From: Eledone cirrhosa
Lineage: Eukaryota
NCBI GenBank assembly: GCA_964016885.1
Contig: OZ024755.1
Location: 35,030,001 to 35,094,000, forward strand
Direction of reading: 5' to 3'
Length of the DNA stretch: 64,000 nt
Below, piece after piece: positions 1 to 13,397 of the stretch (positions are counted from its first letter, which is position 1; every line of letters starts with the position of its first letter). A model generated the notes under the pieces. It was not told the DNA's origin. It saw nothing but the letters and a program-made list of their open reading frames with translations, and made no database searches. Both the position numbers and the translations under genes were made by a program.

Positions 1-1127
1 ATAGAGATGACACTGGGTAAAGTCTCTTTCTATCAACCCACGCTGCTATACTAGAGAGATGACACTGGGTAAAGTCTCTTTCTATCAACCCACACTACTA
101 TACTATAGAGATGACACTGGGTAGAGTCTCTTTTTATCAACCCACACTGCTATACTATAGAGATGACACTGGGTAAAGTCTCTTTCTATCAACCCACACT
201 GCTATACTATAGAGATGACACTAGGTAAAGTCTCTTTCTATCAACCCACACTACTATACTATAGAGATGACACTGGGTAAAGTCTCTTTCTATCAACCCA
301 CACTGCTATACTATAGAGATGACACTAGGTAAAGTCTCTTTCTATCAACCCACACTGCTATACTATAGAGATGACACTGGGTAAAGTCTCTTTCTATCAA
401 CCCACACTGCTATACTATAGAGATGACACTGGGTAAAGTCTATCAACTGACACTGCTATACTATAGAGATCACACTGGCTAAAGTCTATCAACTGACACT
501 GCTATACTATAGAGATCACACTGGGTAAAGTCTATCAACCGACACTGCTATACTATAGAGATCACACTGGGTAAAGTCTATCAACCGACACTGCTATACT
601 ATAGAGATCACACTGGCTAAAGTCTATCAACCGACACTGCTATACTATAGAGATCACACTGGGTAAAGTCTATCAACTGACACTGCTATACTATAGAGAT
701 CACACTGGCTAAAGTCTATCAACCGACACTGCTATACTATAGAGATCACACTGGGTAAAGTCTATCAACTGACACTGCTATACTATAGAGATCACACTGG
801 CTAAAGTCTATCAACCGACACTGCTATACTATAGAGATGACACTGGGTAAAGTCTATCAACTGACACTGCTATACTATAGAGATCACACTGGCTAAAGTC
901 TATCAACTGATACTGCTATACTATAGAGATCACACTGGCTAAAGTCTATCAACCCACACTGCTATACTATAGAGATCACACTGGGTAAAGTCTATCAACC
1001 GACACTGCTATACTATAGAGATCACACTGGGTAAAGTCTATCAACCGACACTGCTATACTATAGAGATCACACTGGGTAAAGTCTATCAACCGACACTGC
1101 TATACTATAGAGATGACACTGGGTAAA
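1..1127. repeat. Minisatellite: 8 x 52-bp units, then 15 x 46-bp units plus a partial unit
   Basis: Unit ATAGAGATGACACTGGGTAAAGTC(TCTTTC)TATCAACCCACACTGCTATACT starts at 1,53,...,365; 46-bp period from 417. Confidence 0.97.
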
Positions 1128-1156
1128 AGTGATTTCTATAATAATCTTTACATATA

Positions 1157-1260
1157 CAGGGTGTCCCCAAAAAATATATACACACTTTGATTAACAGTAC
1201 ATGCAATGTTTATTAGAATGCTATTGAAGTATGTATACATTTTTGGTGGGAGACACCCTG
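1157..1260. mobile_element. Tc1/mariner-type MITE (104 bp)
   Basis: TA-CAGGGTGTCCCCAAAAAATATATACACACTT ... AAGTATGTATACATTTTTGGTGGGAGACACCCTG-TA; about 33-bp imperfect TIR, TA TSD. Confidence 0.85.
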
Positions 1261-1754
1261 TATATGAAACAAGTTGTAAAAGTTGGCCCCTCATAATCTT
1301 GCAAAAGAAATACCCTGACACTAACAGAGTAAATGTACTCCCTTGTTACTCCATGCAGAATAATCAACAGCTTGCCTAAGAGATTATTCCTTCAACATAG
1401 GGACCCAATCGTAACAGCTAGTAACATAGTTGCCATGTTCTTGCAAATCCCACTGACAATGCACATGCTTGTTGCAATTTCAATAATTGCTCAACTGACA
1501 CGCCCACCACATTTTCTTAAACTACACCAAAAGTTTGATCAAAAACAAACAAATATATACAAATATAATTATAACAAAGAAAAAAATATGAAGGTAAAAT
1601 AAACTAAAATATTAAAAAAAACAAAAAACTGAACCCAATCAAGTAGTTAATGTGCAGATGAAATCATGATAGGGAAGGAAAAAACATGTACAAGCAACAA
1701 CAAAAACAACAATAACAAGCGTAGTAGTGAACACAAGCATGGAGTTTACTGCCA

Positions 1755-1771
1755 ATATATAAATATACATA

Positions 1772-1823
<52 letters not shown>

Positions 1824-2179
1824 TGTATATATACATTATATATATATATAAGTGTATATATACATTATATATATATATGAGTGTATATATACATTATATA
1901 TATATAAGTGTATATATATATTATATATATATATGTGTATATATATATTATATATATATATGTGTATATATACATTATATATATAAGTGTATATATACAT
2001 TATATATATAAGTGTATATATACATCATATATATAAGTGTATATATACATTATATATATATAAGTGTATATATACATTATATATATATATGTGTATATAT
2101 ACATTATATATATAAGTGTATATATACATTATATATATATATATATATATATACATTATATATATAAGTGTATATATAC

Positions 2180-2233
<54 letters not shown>

Positions 2234-2397
2234 TGTATATATTCATTATATATATATATAAGAGTCTATATATACATTATATATATATATATATATATAA
2301 TGTATATATACACTCATATATATATATATATATCTATATAAATATATAGAGAGTGTATATATACATTATATATATATATAAGAGACTATATATACAT

Positions 2398-2453
<56 letters not shown>

Positions 2454-2483
2454 AGTCTATATATACATTATATATATATATGC

Positions 2484-2523
<40 letters not shown>

Positions 2524-2650
2524 CATATATATATATATTTCTTTTCAAAAGTATATATATATATATTTATATTTATGTGTATATATATGTATATACAAAT
2601 GTGTATGAGTATATATATATATATATATATATAAATATATATATATATGA
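1755..2650. repeat. Compound (TA)n microsatellite
   Basis: TA runs interrupted by AAGTG/CAT motifs. Confidence 0.97.
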
Positions 2651-3261
2651 CAATCAGTATGCGTTTGTATCGTCAAGGGTTTTCTGTAATAGTTGACTTT
2701 ACATGTTGATGTCATGAAGTTTTAACTTAATTTGCCATCATTCCGAAATACATTTCGCTCTGTTTATGTTTCCTGATTTATTTCACTATCAGAAGATTAT
2801 CTGACAAGAAGGAGACAGGCGGTGGGGGTTTGGTAAAGGATGTCGGAATGATAGAGGTGGTGGGGGTTTGGTAAAGGATGTCGGAATGATAGAGGTTGTG
2901 GTGTACTCTACTCTGTGTGATTTTCTAAGTATGCACAGACTTGCATATCTATACATGTGGGTAAACTCATATAAGTACAAACGTGGAAGATCTAATATAA
3001 CCCCCCCCCCCACACACACACACACAGATATATGAATGCATACATATACATATACATATACATATATAATATGGGTTTATGTATAGACACACACGTGTGT
3101 GAAAATGAAAGAGTGAGTATCTATATTTGTGTACAAATATAGATATCTATAACATATGTATATGTATATATATATATACATATATATACACATATATATA
3201 TTTACATATATATATACATATATAGATATCTATAACATATGTATATGTATATATATATATT

Positions 3262-3301
<40 letters not shown>

Positions 3302-3944
3302 CATATATATATATACATATATACATATATATACATATGTATACATACATATATATATATATACATTTATGTGTGTATATATATGTAAATATATATATAT
3401 AAACACATATATATATACATATATATGTGTGTATATATATATGTAAATATATATATATACACACATATATATACATATATGTGTATATATATATATACAT
3501 ACACACACACATATATACACACACACGTGTGCGTGTGCGTGTGCGTGTGTGTGTATATATATATATATATGAGCGCACCTATCTATGTATGCAAGCATAG
3601 AAAAGGAAACCTAAAGGGGCAATGGTGATATATATATATATATACAGAGAGAGAGTGAGAGAGAGAGCGAGAGAGAGAGAGAGATTAGTATATACTTAAG
3701 TACACATATATATGTGTGTGTGTGCATGTGCTTGTGTGTGTATGTGTGTGGATATATGTAAATAAATGGAAGATGAAAACCTCAGAAATCAGGTCTCATA
3801 GGTGGTTTTAGAAGATTGGAAATGAGAAACTTGGAATAACAATTTATGAAGCTGTTCGAACTCAAACAAAATCAAATATGAAATTCTACATTTTGTACTC
3901 AATACACTTTTTTCTCTGCCATATTTATTCTTATGAATACACCT

Positions 3945-4345
3945 ATACATACACACAAAAGATCAGAAACGCACACAAGCTCAATCACATACATGCATAT
4001 ATACACATAAACATACACTTATACATACACACAAAAGATCAGAAACGCACACAAGCTCAATCACATACATATATACACATAAACATACACTTATACATAC
4101 ACACAAAAGATCAGAAACGCACACAAGCTCAATCACATACATATATATATACACATAAACATACACCTGTACATACACACAAAAGATCAGAAACGCACAC
4201 AAGCTCACTCACATACATATATACACATAAACATACACACAAAAGATCAGAAACGCACACAAGCTCAATCACATACATATATATATACACATAAACATAC
4301 ACCTATACATACACACAAAAGATCAGAAACACACAAACACACAGA
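3945..4345. repeat. Minisatellite, about 6 copies, core CAAAAGATCAGAAACGCACACAAGCTCAATCAC
   Basis: Core repeated with CA-rich spacers. Confidence 0.9.
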
Positions 4346-4419
4346 AGCTCACTCACACACATAAACATACATCTATACACACAGACATGCACACACTTAC
4401 AGACACAGATACAAACACA

Positions 4420-4459
<40 letters not shown>

Positions 4460-5449
4460 CACACAAACATACAACAGGTTTGCGGTCGTGCTCTTGGCAG
4501 TGGAGACTTCTGCTGTCCTCCGTCCTAGGGCTACCCCCCCTACTCACCACCATAGACGCTGAGATGGCCAGCCGCAGGTGTGAGCCTCGCAAGATGGAAT
4601 GGTTCTCCCTTACCATCCTCCGAGGGAATGCCTTCTCCATTCCGTCCGCCGGGGCGGTGGGGAGGCCAGCATGTGGGACCCCATTTGCTCACCATACAGA
4701 GAGATGGAGACGATGACAGTAGGAGTTTGGCCCTTCCATGTTCAGACACATCGCACCTGTCATGTGGACCATTATTTGCTATACTTTATAAACTAACATA
4801 AACACTTTAATTCTTATAACGATAAGGTTAGCTACTTCTGCTTAGATGGTGTTCCTTCAAGTATCATTGCATGCTGCAAAAAAATAGAGCACGCTTCTAC
4901 ATAAACCCCACTGTATACACCAACTTATAAGTATCACTTTTCCTCTGAGGAGATTCTGCCTCTCAAATGTGACCTATAGAGCTAACCTCATATCACATGA
5001 GGGTATCTCAATGAATGTGCCTAACATCCATTGATTTAAGAACAGATTTACTCAGCATTTACACTCCTTCAGATACAGGAACAGAGAAAATAACATTTTT
5101 CTGAAGAAAAACACATTGGCTTAGCATAAAGTGACTTAATTGAGATAGAATAAAATATCGGAACATATTTCTATTCAATACAATGACTCTGACATCACAT
5201 GCAGATGTAAATATATTTATATATAATAGAATTAATTTGTCTATTACAACAAGTGAAAGCACAAACTAAATAAAAAAACTTGATACAATGATTGCAAAAT
5301 ATTAAATACATATATATCAAGGAATGCAGACAGAATTGCAATTTTGTTTTATTCTTGAAGTAGATTTGGGAAAACATTTCCTACATGCTCTGACACTTTC
5401 TACTTCTAGAACAAACATAATTACGATTCTGTCAGCACTCCTTAAATAT

Positions 5450-5880
5450 ATCATCATTACATTCTACGTTATTATATTCACCATCTCCATCATCATCATC
5501 ATCATATGTCATTGTTGTCATTGACATAGTTGTCATCATCGTTATCGTAATCATCATCATCACCATCGTCATCGTCATCATCAAAATCATCTTTGTCATC
5601 ATTATCATCATCATCACCATTATCATCAAAATCAAAATCATTGTCATTATCATTATCATTATTGTCGTGAAAATCACTTTCGATATCATCACCATCATCA
5701 TCATCAAAATCATTGTTATTGTCATCAGCATCAAAATCATCTTCATCATCATCATCATCATCATCATCACCAAAATCATGATCATTGTCATTATCATCAT
5801 CATCATCAGCAGCATTATTTAAAATGTTCATCATCATCATCATCATTATCAACATCAGCATCATTGTCATCATTATCAAA
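5450..5880. repeat. Degenerate (CAT)n microsatellite
   Basis: Direct reading. Confidence 0.95.
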
Positions 5881-6037
5881 AATTGTTCTTATCCTCATCA
5901 TAGTTGTCATCTCTTCCAGGAAGTTAAGTATCTTGCGATCCATCTTCACCACCTCCGCTCCTATCATCAATAGTCTTGTTCTTCCACCAGCATCATTTAG
6001 CACATTTAGCCAGCTTTTATTTTTATACATACAGTTC

Positions 6038-6928
6038 GTGTAGGTGTTACGACAAAAAAGGACCCAGTCCACACTGTAAAGTGGTCTTGTAGGTGTCACG
6101 AGTAAAAAGCACACAGTCCACACTGTAAAGTGGTCTTGTAGGAGTCATGAGTAAAAAGCACACAGTCCACACTGTAAAGTAGTCTTGTAGGTGTCATGAC
6201 AAAAAAGCACCCAGTCCACACTGTAAAGTGGTCATGTAGGTGTCACGACTAAAAAGCACCCAGTCCACACTGTAAAGTGGTCATGTAGGTGTCACAACTA
6301 AAAAGCACCCAGTCCACACTGTAAAGTAGTCATGTAGGTGTCACGACAAAAAAAGCACCCAGTCCACACTGTAAAGTGGTCATGTAGGTGTCACGACTAA
6401 AAAGCACCCAGTCCACACTGTAAAGTGGTCATGTAGGTGTCACGACTAAAAAGCACCCAGTCCACACTGTAAAGTGGTCTTGTAGGTGTCATGATTAAAA
6501 AGCACCCAGCCCACACTGTAAAGTGGCAGTGTAGGTGTCACAATAAAAAGGCACCCAGTCCACACTGTAAAGTGGTAGTGTAGGTGTCACAACTAAAAAA
6601 GCACCCAGTCCACACTGTAAAGTGGTAGTGTAGGTGTCACAACTAAAATGCACCCAGTCCACACTGTAAAGTGGTCTTGTAGGTGTCACGACCAAAAGCA
6701 CCCAGTCCATTCTGTAAAGTGGTCATGTAGGAGACATGGTAAAAAGGATCCCAGTCCACACTGTAAATGTGGTTGGTGTAAGGAAGGGCATCCAGCTGTA
6801 GAAAACCTGCCAGATAGTCCTATATGAGCGAGACACGGTCACCCGATCAATCTTATCACAAGTGGGACAATTCCTGTCTAACCCATGTTAGCGTGAAAGA
6901 TAGATGTTAAACGATGGTGACGATGATG
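6038..6928 (+). mobile_element. SINE/RTE-3' derived element carrying about 15 tandem 49-bp units
   Basis: Unit GTAGGTGTCACGACTAAAAAGCACCCAGTCCACACTGTAAAGTGGTCAT, then the AGGAAGGGCATCCAGCTGTAGAAA domain and an RTE-type tail ending in GAT repeats. Confidence 0.85.
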
Positions 6929-7009
6929 CTGTGTATATTCTGTTCTTTTAATCCTCTTGGTGTTGTGGGTGACTAACTGCGCCGAAAGAGTAAACTCCCT
7001 TTAATATAT

Positions 7010-7234
7010 AATTGTTTCTACTTTTGGCACAAGGCCAGCAATTATCCAGTGTATTACTGGTACTTTATTTTATCGACCCCGTAAGGATGAAAGGCAAAGT
7101 TAACCTCGGCGGGATTTGAACTCAGACCATAAAGGGCCGTAACTCTTTGCTGGAAAGCATGGCGTCCGACCCTCTACCGATACTGCCAATCCACCACCCA
7201 TGGCGTCCGACCCTCTACCGATACTGCCAATCCA
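7010..7234 (-). mobile_element. tRNA-derived SINE family A (head duplicated)
   Basis: A-box TGGCAGTATCGG, B-box GAGTTCAAATCC, central GCCTTTCATCC..GGGGTCGATAAAATAAAGTACCAG. Confidence 0.9.
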
Positions 7235-7659
7235 ATCTCCCTTTAATATATAATCCAGTTTCAAGGGAAGTAATTTGTAAAGAAATTCAGCCTCCAGAAG
7301 ATGAAATTGATTCATTATATCAGTGTGTGTCATCAGAGGGAACTAAAAAGGTTGGTGTGAGGAAGGGCAGGTGACTGTGAAATATCCTGTTTTGAGATGA
7401 TGTTTCACAGTCAGATGCTGAGACATTGTCTCAACCCAGGCCAGCATGGAAAAGTGGACATAAAAACAATGATGATGAAGATAGCGATGATGATGATGAT
7501 GATTTTGTTGATGATGATGGTGATGACGATGACTATGATGATGGTGATGATGATGGTGATGATATTGATGTTGATGACGATGGGGTTGGTGATGATAGTG
7601 ATAATAATGAAATGGGAATAAAAATGGAATAAAACAAGTTCCGCGTATAGCACGGGTTC

Positions 7660-7760
7660 CCGAGATATGGGGTTTTCCGGATGTACTACACATACACTTT
7701 TGATGAGTTGTAGTGCACCTGAGCACTGTACACAATATTTTCATTATTATCATTATTATA
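7660..7760 (+). mobile_element. CR1/L2-like LINE 3' end
   Basis: GAGTTGTAGTGCACCTGAGCACTGTACACAA + (ATT)n tail; same end as the copy at 18340-18603, which carries a WNKLP motif. Confidence 0.7.
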
Positions 7761-7761
7761 A

Positions 7762-10754
7762 TCTAACGAGGTTGTAGAAATGCTTGAACGTAAGGAGGTC
7801 GATGTTTGTTGTATTCAAGAGACCAGGTGGAGGGGAGGGTCGGCTAGATTCATCGTGGGTAAAGAGCGATGCTATAAGCTTTTCTGGGTGGGAAATGACA
7901 ATGGGTTGGGTGGGGTAGGAATCATGGTAGCAGAAAAGTGGGCAGATAAGATAATAGACGTAAATAGAGTGAACGACAGAATAATTAAAATAAGACTTGT
8001 CCTCAATAAAACTACGGTGACAGTAATATCTGCGTACGCACCCCAATCCGGACTGCCCCGCGCTATAAAAGACAGATTCTACGAGACACTGATGCTCGCT
8101 ACCTCCCAAATAACCGACAGTGACTATATAGTTATTGCAGGCGACCTAAATGGTCACGTTGGACAACATTGTGACGGCTATGACGGAATCCATGGAGGCT
8201 ATGGGTTCGGTACTAGAAATGAGGAAGGCTCCAGAATCCTGGAATTCTGCGACGCAAATAACTTAACTATCTGTAACACTAACTTCAAAAAACGAGACAA
8301 TCACTTGATCACCTATAGATCGGGGGAACACACAAGCCAGGTAGATTATATCCTTACCAGAAGACGTGACAGAGTGTCTGTTGTTAACACTAAATCCCAC
8401 CCCCATGAAGAATTCACCTCCCAACATAGACTGATAATTAGCGACCTCATAGTCAGGACGAGACGTACTAGACAGCGAAAGAGGACTATCCTCAGGAGAA
8501 AAATATGGAAGCTAAAGGACCCCATAGCCAGAAATAAATTTCAAAGCAAATTACTTGACGCTTTCGACAGTAAGGAAGAGCAATTAGAGTCGTATAATAT
8601 AGAGGAACAGTGGGAATTCCTGAGAGCAAACCTGCTGACGGCGGCAGACGAAGTCTGTGGCTGGAGCAGGCCTGTAGGTAGGAGGAGAGTAACATGGTGG
8701 TGGAACAGTAAGGTGGAGGAGTCAATTAAGGCCAAAAAGCAGGCTTGGAAAGTATGGCGGGATGGGGGAAGTAGAGAAGACTATCAAGTGGCCAGGAGGG
8801 AAGCTAGGAGACAAGTGTACTTCGCAAGAAGGGAAGCAGAGGAAAGAAAGTTCAAGCATGTTCTACAACGTGAGGACCAAAAACGTGAGGTGTTCAGGAT
8901 TGCCAGGCAATGTGTCAAGGAAAACCGTGATATTGTCGGGGAGAAGTGTGTACTTAACGATGATGGCATACTTGCCATCACCGACGCTGATAAGAAGGTA
9001 GCTTGGAAGTGTCACTACGAAAGGCTTCTAAATGAGGAGAACAAATGGGAGAAAGACAGTCTCCCCCAGATCGATCCAATAGAGGGACCAGCAGTGTTAG
9101 TTGAAGGTAGTATAATAAGTAAGGCAATCAAAGATATGAAGACGGGTAAGGCGGCTGGGCCTTCGGAAATAGTTGCTGAGATGCTGAAGGCATCTGGTTC
9201 GGTGGGACACACCATGGTCACCCGGATAGTTAACCAAGTCGTACAGAATGGGGTTGTTCCGAAGGAATGGCGTAGCAGCATCATCGTTAACTGCTATAAG
9301 GGAAAAGGAGATGCCCTAGATAGGAGTAACTATAGAGGCATTAAATTAATCGACCAGGTCATGAAGGTCACGGAAAAAGTAATAGCGCAACTAATCAGAG
9401 AGAGAATTGATCTAGATGAAATGCAGTTCGGGTTTGTGTCAGGCAAAAGTATCACAGACGCTCTTTTCATTGTACGACAACTACAGGAGAAGTACCTAGC
9501 TAAAAGTAAACCCCTATACTTAGCTTTTGTCGACTTGGAGAAAGCCTTCGACAGAGTCCCCCGTTCCATTATCTGGTGGTCTCTTAGAAAACTAGGTGTT
9601 GACGAATGGCTTGTGAGAGCTATACAAGCCATGTATAAAGAAACAGTCAGTAAGGTTAGAATTAACAACGAATATAGTGAAGAGTTTAGCGTAAAAGTTG
9701 GTGTCCATCAGGGCTCTGTACTTAGCCCCCTACTATTTATTATTGCCCTCCAGGCTATAACAGAGGAGTTCAAGACCAGCTGCCCATGGGAACTCCTATA
9801 CGCAGATGATCTAACGCTCATAGCTGAATCAATGACCGAACTAGAGAAGAAATTCCAAACGTGGAAGCACGGCCTAGAATCAAAAGGCCTTAAAATTAAC
9901 CTGGCTAAGACTAAAGTTCTAGTTTGTAGGAAAGAAAATAAGGCGGCGGTCCCATCGGGGAAATGGCCATGCTCAGTGTGTAGGAAAGGCGTAGGTAGAA
10001 ACTCCATTTTATGTCCCAAATGCAAAGTATGGGTGCATAAAAGATGTAGTGGGATCACAGGTAAGCTAACTAAGAACATAGATTTTACATGTGGCCGGTG
10101 CTCTGGTGCAATAAGTAGCAGCAAGTGCCCACAAATACTAGCTCCTTCAACTGCGCAGAGGGTTCTATAGAAATAGTGGACAGCTTCCGTTATCTGGGTG
10201 ACAAAATCAGCAGTGGGGGAGGGTGCTCTGAAAGTACAGTAGCTAGAGTCAGAACTGGATGGAAAAAGTTCAGAGAGCTTATACCACTATTAGCCGCTAG
10301 AGGGTTCTCCCTAAAAATGAAAGGCAGGTTATACGATGCCTGCATACGAACAGCAATGCTGCATGGCAGTGAGACCTGGGCATTGTGTGCAGAGGATATA
10401 CGCAGACTAGAGAGGAACGAAGCTTGCATGCTCCGCTGGATGTGCAATAGTAATATACGTGAACGGCAAAGCATAAACGAACTAAGGAAAAAATTAGAAA
10501 TAAGAGGGATCAGATGTTGTTTACTCGAGAGAAGGCTACGTTGGTACGGTCACGTGATGCGCATGAAAGACGACAGCTGTATAACAAAGTGCAGGGCAAT
10601 AAAGATAGACGGTAGCCACGGAGTAGGCAGACCCAGAAAAACATGGGACGAGCTGATAAATTCCGACCTCACACGCTTACACCTCTCCAAGACAATGTCA
10701 CTGGACCGAGACCTTTGGCGGTACTCAGTAATAGAGAAGACCCGCCTTACCTAA
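7762..10754 (+). pseudogene. RTE ORF (APE endonuclease - RT - PHD finger - C-terminal domain) split by one frameshift near 10117-10127
   Basis: CIQET, SAYAP, GDLNGH, VDYIL, QFGF, FVDLEKAFD, GVHQGSVLSPLLF, LYADD, C4HC3, FRYLG, RLRWYGHVMR, GRPRKTW; ORFs 7780-10170 and 10125-10754. Confidence 0.93.
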
Positions 10755-11263
10755 ATACAAAGTAAAAACCTACTACAGTCAGTAGGCACCTCTATCAAAA
10801 CACACCCCCGTCCCACCACCTCCACCCCACCCACACCGCCCCTTTCAATGTAAAGTTATGTTGGTCCCACAACATCCAGGCCGAAACAAATGAGATCGTG
10901 TAGGTGTCACGACAAAAAACACACAGTCCACGCTGTAAATGTGGCCGTGTAGGCAACACGGTAAAAACCTCCCAGCCCCACACTGTAAATGTGGTTGGTG
11001 TTAGGAAGGGCATCCAGCTGTAGAAAACCCGCCAGACAGTCCACGCTGTAATGTGGCCGTGTAGGCAACACGGTAAAAACCTCCCAGCCCCACACTGTAA
11101 ATGTGGTTGGTGTTAGGAAGGGCATCCAACTGTAGAAAACCCGCCAGACAGTCCTATGCGAGCAAGACAACCACTCTTGCCTCAAGTGGGAAAACCCCCG
11201 TCCAAACCCATGCAAGCGTGGAACACGGACGCTAAGCCTGATGATGATGATGATGATGATGAT
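7762..11263 (+). mobile_element. RTE-clade non-LTR retrotransposon, slightly 5'-truncated, with about 0.5-kb 3' UTR and (GAT)n tail
   Basis: APE and RT motifs, RTE C-terminus, (GAT)n tail ending near 11263. Confidence 0.95.
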
Positions 11264-11747
11264 AAAGAGAGAGAAAGAGATAGTGGTTATATTTTAATTA
11301 CTTAAAAATTAGTTTTAAGTGAACATGATTTTAAAAAAATACTGTTAAGTGAACGTAACCCAACGGGTCACGGGTGGCCTAGTTTTCACTAAAATTATAC
11401 ATCCACATCCAGTAGTGCATGCTTGCCTCAGCCTTATTCAACCTTCATGAATACTGCACATTCAATGCTTATATTTTCTTACTGCATAATGTCACACTTC
11501 ATACAATCATACAATCTAATTTTCACTATGAGAGAGAATCATTTTGCTCCAGCAAGGTTAAAACATATCTGAAGTTTTTATAGCCCTTAATTTTCATTAT
11601 TCTGGCTACAGTACTTCCAGAAAACTCACTACTACTGGTTATCTAGCTAGCAAAAACTGTCAACTATTTCTAAGATGTCATTCAGAATTAATTTCATAGG
11701 TATTCTTACTACACATTTGCACCTGCTATATGCAAAGACTAATTTAC

Positions 11748-12008
11748 AAAGAACTGTAGAGAGAGAGAGAAAGAGAGGGGAACAAAGAACTGTAGAGGGA
11801 GAGAGAAAGAGAGTGGAACTAAGAACTGTAGAGGGAAAGAGAAAGAGAGGGGACAAAGAACTGTAGAGGGAGAGAGAAAGAGAGGGGAACAAAGAACTGT
11901 AGAGGGAGAGAGAAAGAGAGGGGAACAAAGAACTGTAGAGGGAGAGAGAAAGAGAGGGGAACAAAGAACTGTAGAAGGAGAGAGAAAGAGAGGGGAACTA
12001 AGAACTCT
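11748..12008. repeat. 36-bp minisatellite, about 7 copies
   Basis: AAAGAACTGTAGAGGGAGAGAGAAAGAGAGGGGAAC. Confidence 0.95.
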
Positions 12009-12225
12009 ATGGACAGACAACATTAAACAGTAGACAGGCAAATCCTTAACGTAAACCAGAAGTTTGGCACAGAACCAAGATAGATCAATAAGATTGGTGC
12101 ACGTAAATTACATATGATCTAATCTGATTATTTTTCTAATTAGTTGTACTCAAACTCTTTTTGCTAATTTAATTAGTTGATCTATCAGTTTAACCCTTTC
12201 ATTACCTATCATTTTCAAACAATAT

Positions 12226-12425
12226 AGGCACAAGGCCAGCAATTTTGGGGAGGGGAAAGTCGATTAAATCGACCCCAGTGTGTGACTGGTACTTTATTTA
12301 TCGACCCTGCAATGATGAAAGGCAAAGTTAACCTTGGTGGGATTTGAACTCAGATCGTAAAGGGCTGTAACTCTATGCAGCAAAGTGCGGCGTACGACCC
12401 TCTACCGATACTGCCAATCCACCGC
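12226..12425 (-). mobile_element. SINE family A
   Basis: Same A/B boxes and body as 7010. Confidence 0.88.
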
Positions 12426-12476
12426 TCTTACATAAAATAATAGTGGAAGGATTTGGGATAAACATAAACATTTTAA

Positions 12477-12670
12477 CCCTTTAGCATTTAAACCGCCTGT
12501 ATCCAGCCAGAATTCTTTCATTGCTTTCTGTTGTAACCAGCTCCTCGTACTAGTATTGTTCTCAAAATAAATAATATCAAAATCTCATAGATTCGATATT
12601 ATGTGAGATAAATCCTTTACCATGAAAATATAATAGTATATATAGAGTAATGTAAATGTAAATTTAACCC
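12477..12670. mobile_element. piggyBac-like MITE (TTAA-CCCTTTAGCATTTA family)
   Basis: TTAA-CCC terminus; internal homology to 16269 and 35063 copies. Confidence 0.75.
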
Positions 12671-12796
12671 TTTAGGGCTAAATTTCTAGAAGCATCAGTG
12701 ACTATTGTTGATTGAATCTGGCTGTTAGCTGCCGGCTGTTTTTTTTATCAGTCTCACTAGAATGAAAGACAAAGGCTGCTTTGGTAGGATCTAAGC

Positions 12797-13075
12797 CAAT
12801 CATGAGCAACCTGCAGCCCGTGAAGCTTTCTGAATGGCTCGCCTAAGTCACCTGAGTGAAATCTTTCTGATTTTTTTACCCCAACTTTTCAGTCGTAATT
12901 TATCTTTCTATCATTTTTACGATTTGAGAAAAACAACGTGTACGAATTCTGAAGAAAGAAATCAAAACAACCTGATTTACTTCCCTTTTTCTAATGTGGG
13001 CAGAGAATGTAAATTAGCCTGATGATGAGACATATCTCATGTGGCCTGCTTCTCGAAAAAGGTTGCCCATGCCTG
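12797..13075. mobile_element. hAT-type MITE
   Basis: TIR CAATCATGAGCAACCT / AGGTTGCCCATGCCTG (13/16 match); 8-bp TSD ATCTAAGC/ATCCAAAC (6/8). Confidence 0.75.
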
Positions 13076-13109
13076 ATCCAAACAGAATGCAACGGAACAG
13101 TACAAATAA

Positions 13110-13299
13110 ATAATTGTTTCTACTTTCGGCACAAGGCCAGCAATTAACCAGTACATTACTGGTACTTTATTTTATCGACCTCATAAGGATGAAAGGCAAA
13201 GTTAACCTTGGCGGGATTTGAACTCATCGTAAAGGGACGTAACTATGCTGGAAAGCATGTCCATGTCCAACCCTCTACCAATTCTGCCACCCCACCGCC
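13110..13299 (-). mobile_element. SINE family A
   Basis: Homology to other copies in the window. Confidence 0.88.
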
Positions 13300-13397
13300 C
13301 TAATGTATTTAATTGAGTATTTTCCCATTATATAAATCTGTTGCTATTTTGTAATATTGATTTCTAACTTTGGTTTTAAACAATTATTAATATGAAA

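Noticed and set aside
1-1127. CRISPR-like regular repeats (also 6038-6780 and 55765-56770)
   Set aside because: No unique spacers, no cas genes, eukaryotic context
1333-1602. Host exon candidates (also 50191-50418 and 60220-60400)
   Set aside because: No recognisable domain, stops nearby, no convincing splice-site pair
10117-10170. Programmed frameshift in the RTE ORF
   Set aside because: No slippery heptamer, and the related copy at 38218-39120 reads through in one frame
11350-11383. Helitron-like 3' end (hairpin plus CTAGT)
   Set aside because: No identifiable 5' end or homolog in the window
13019-13060. CTGATGA followed by a short hairpin
   Set aside because: No GAAA directly after the stem; lies inside a hAT MITE
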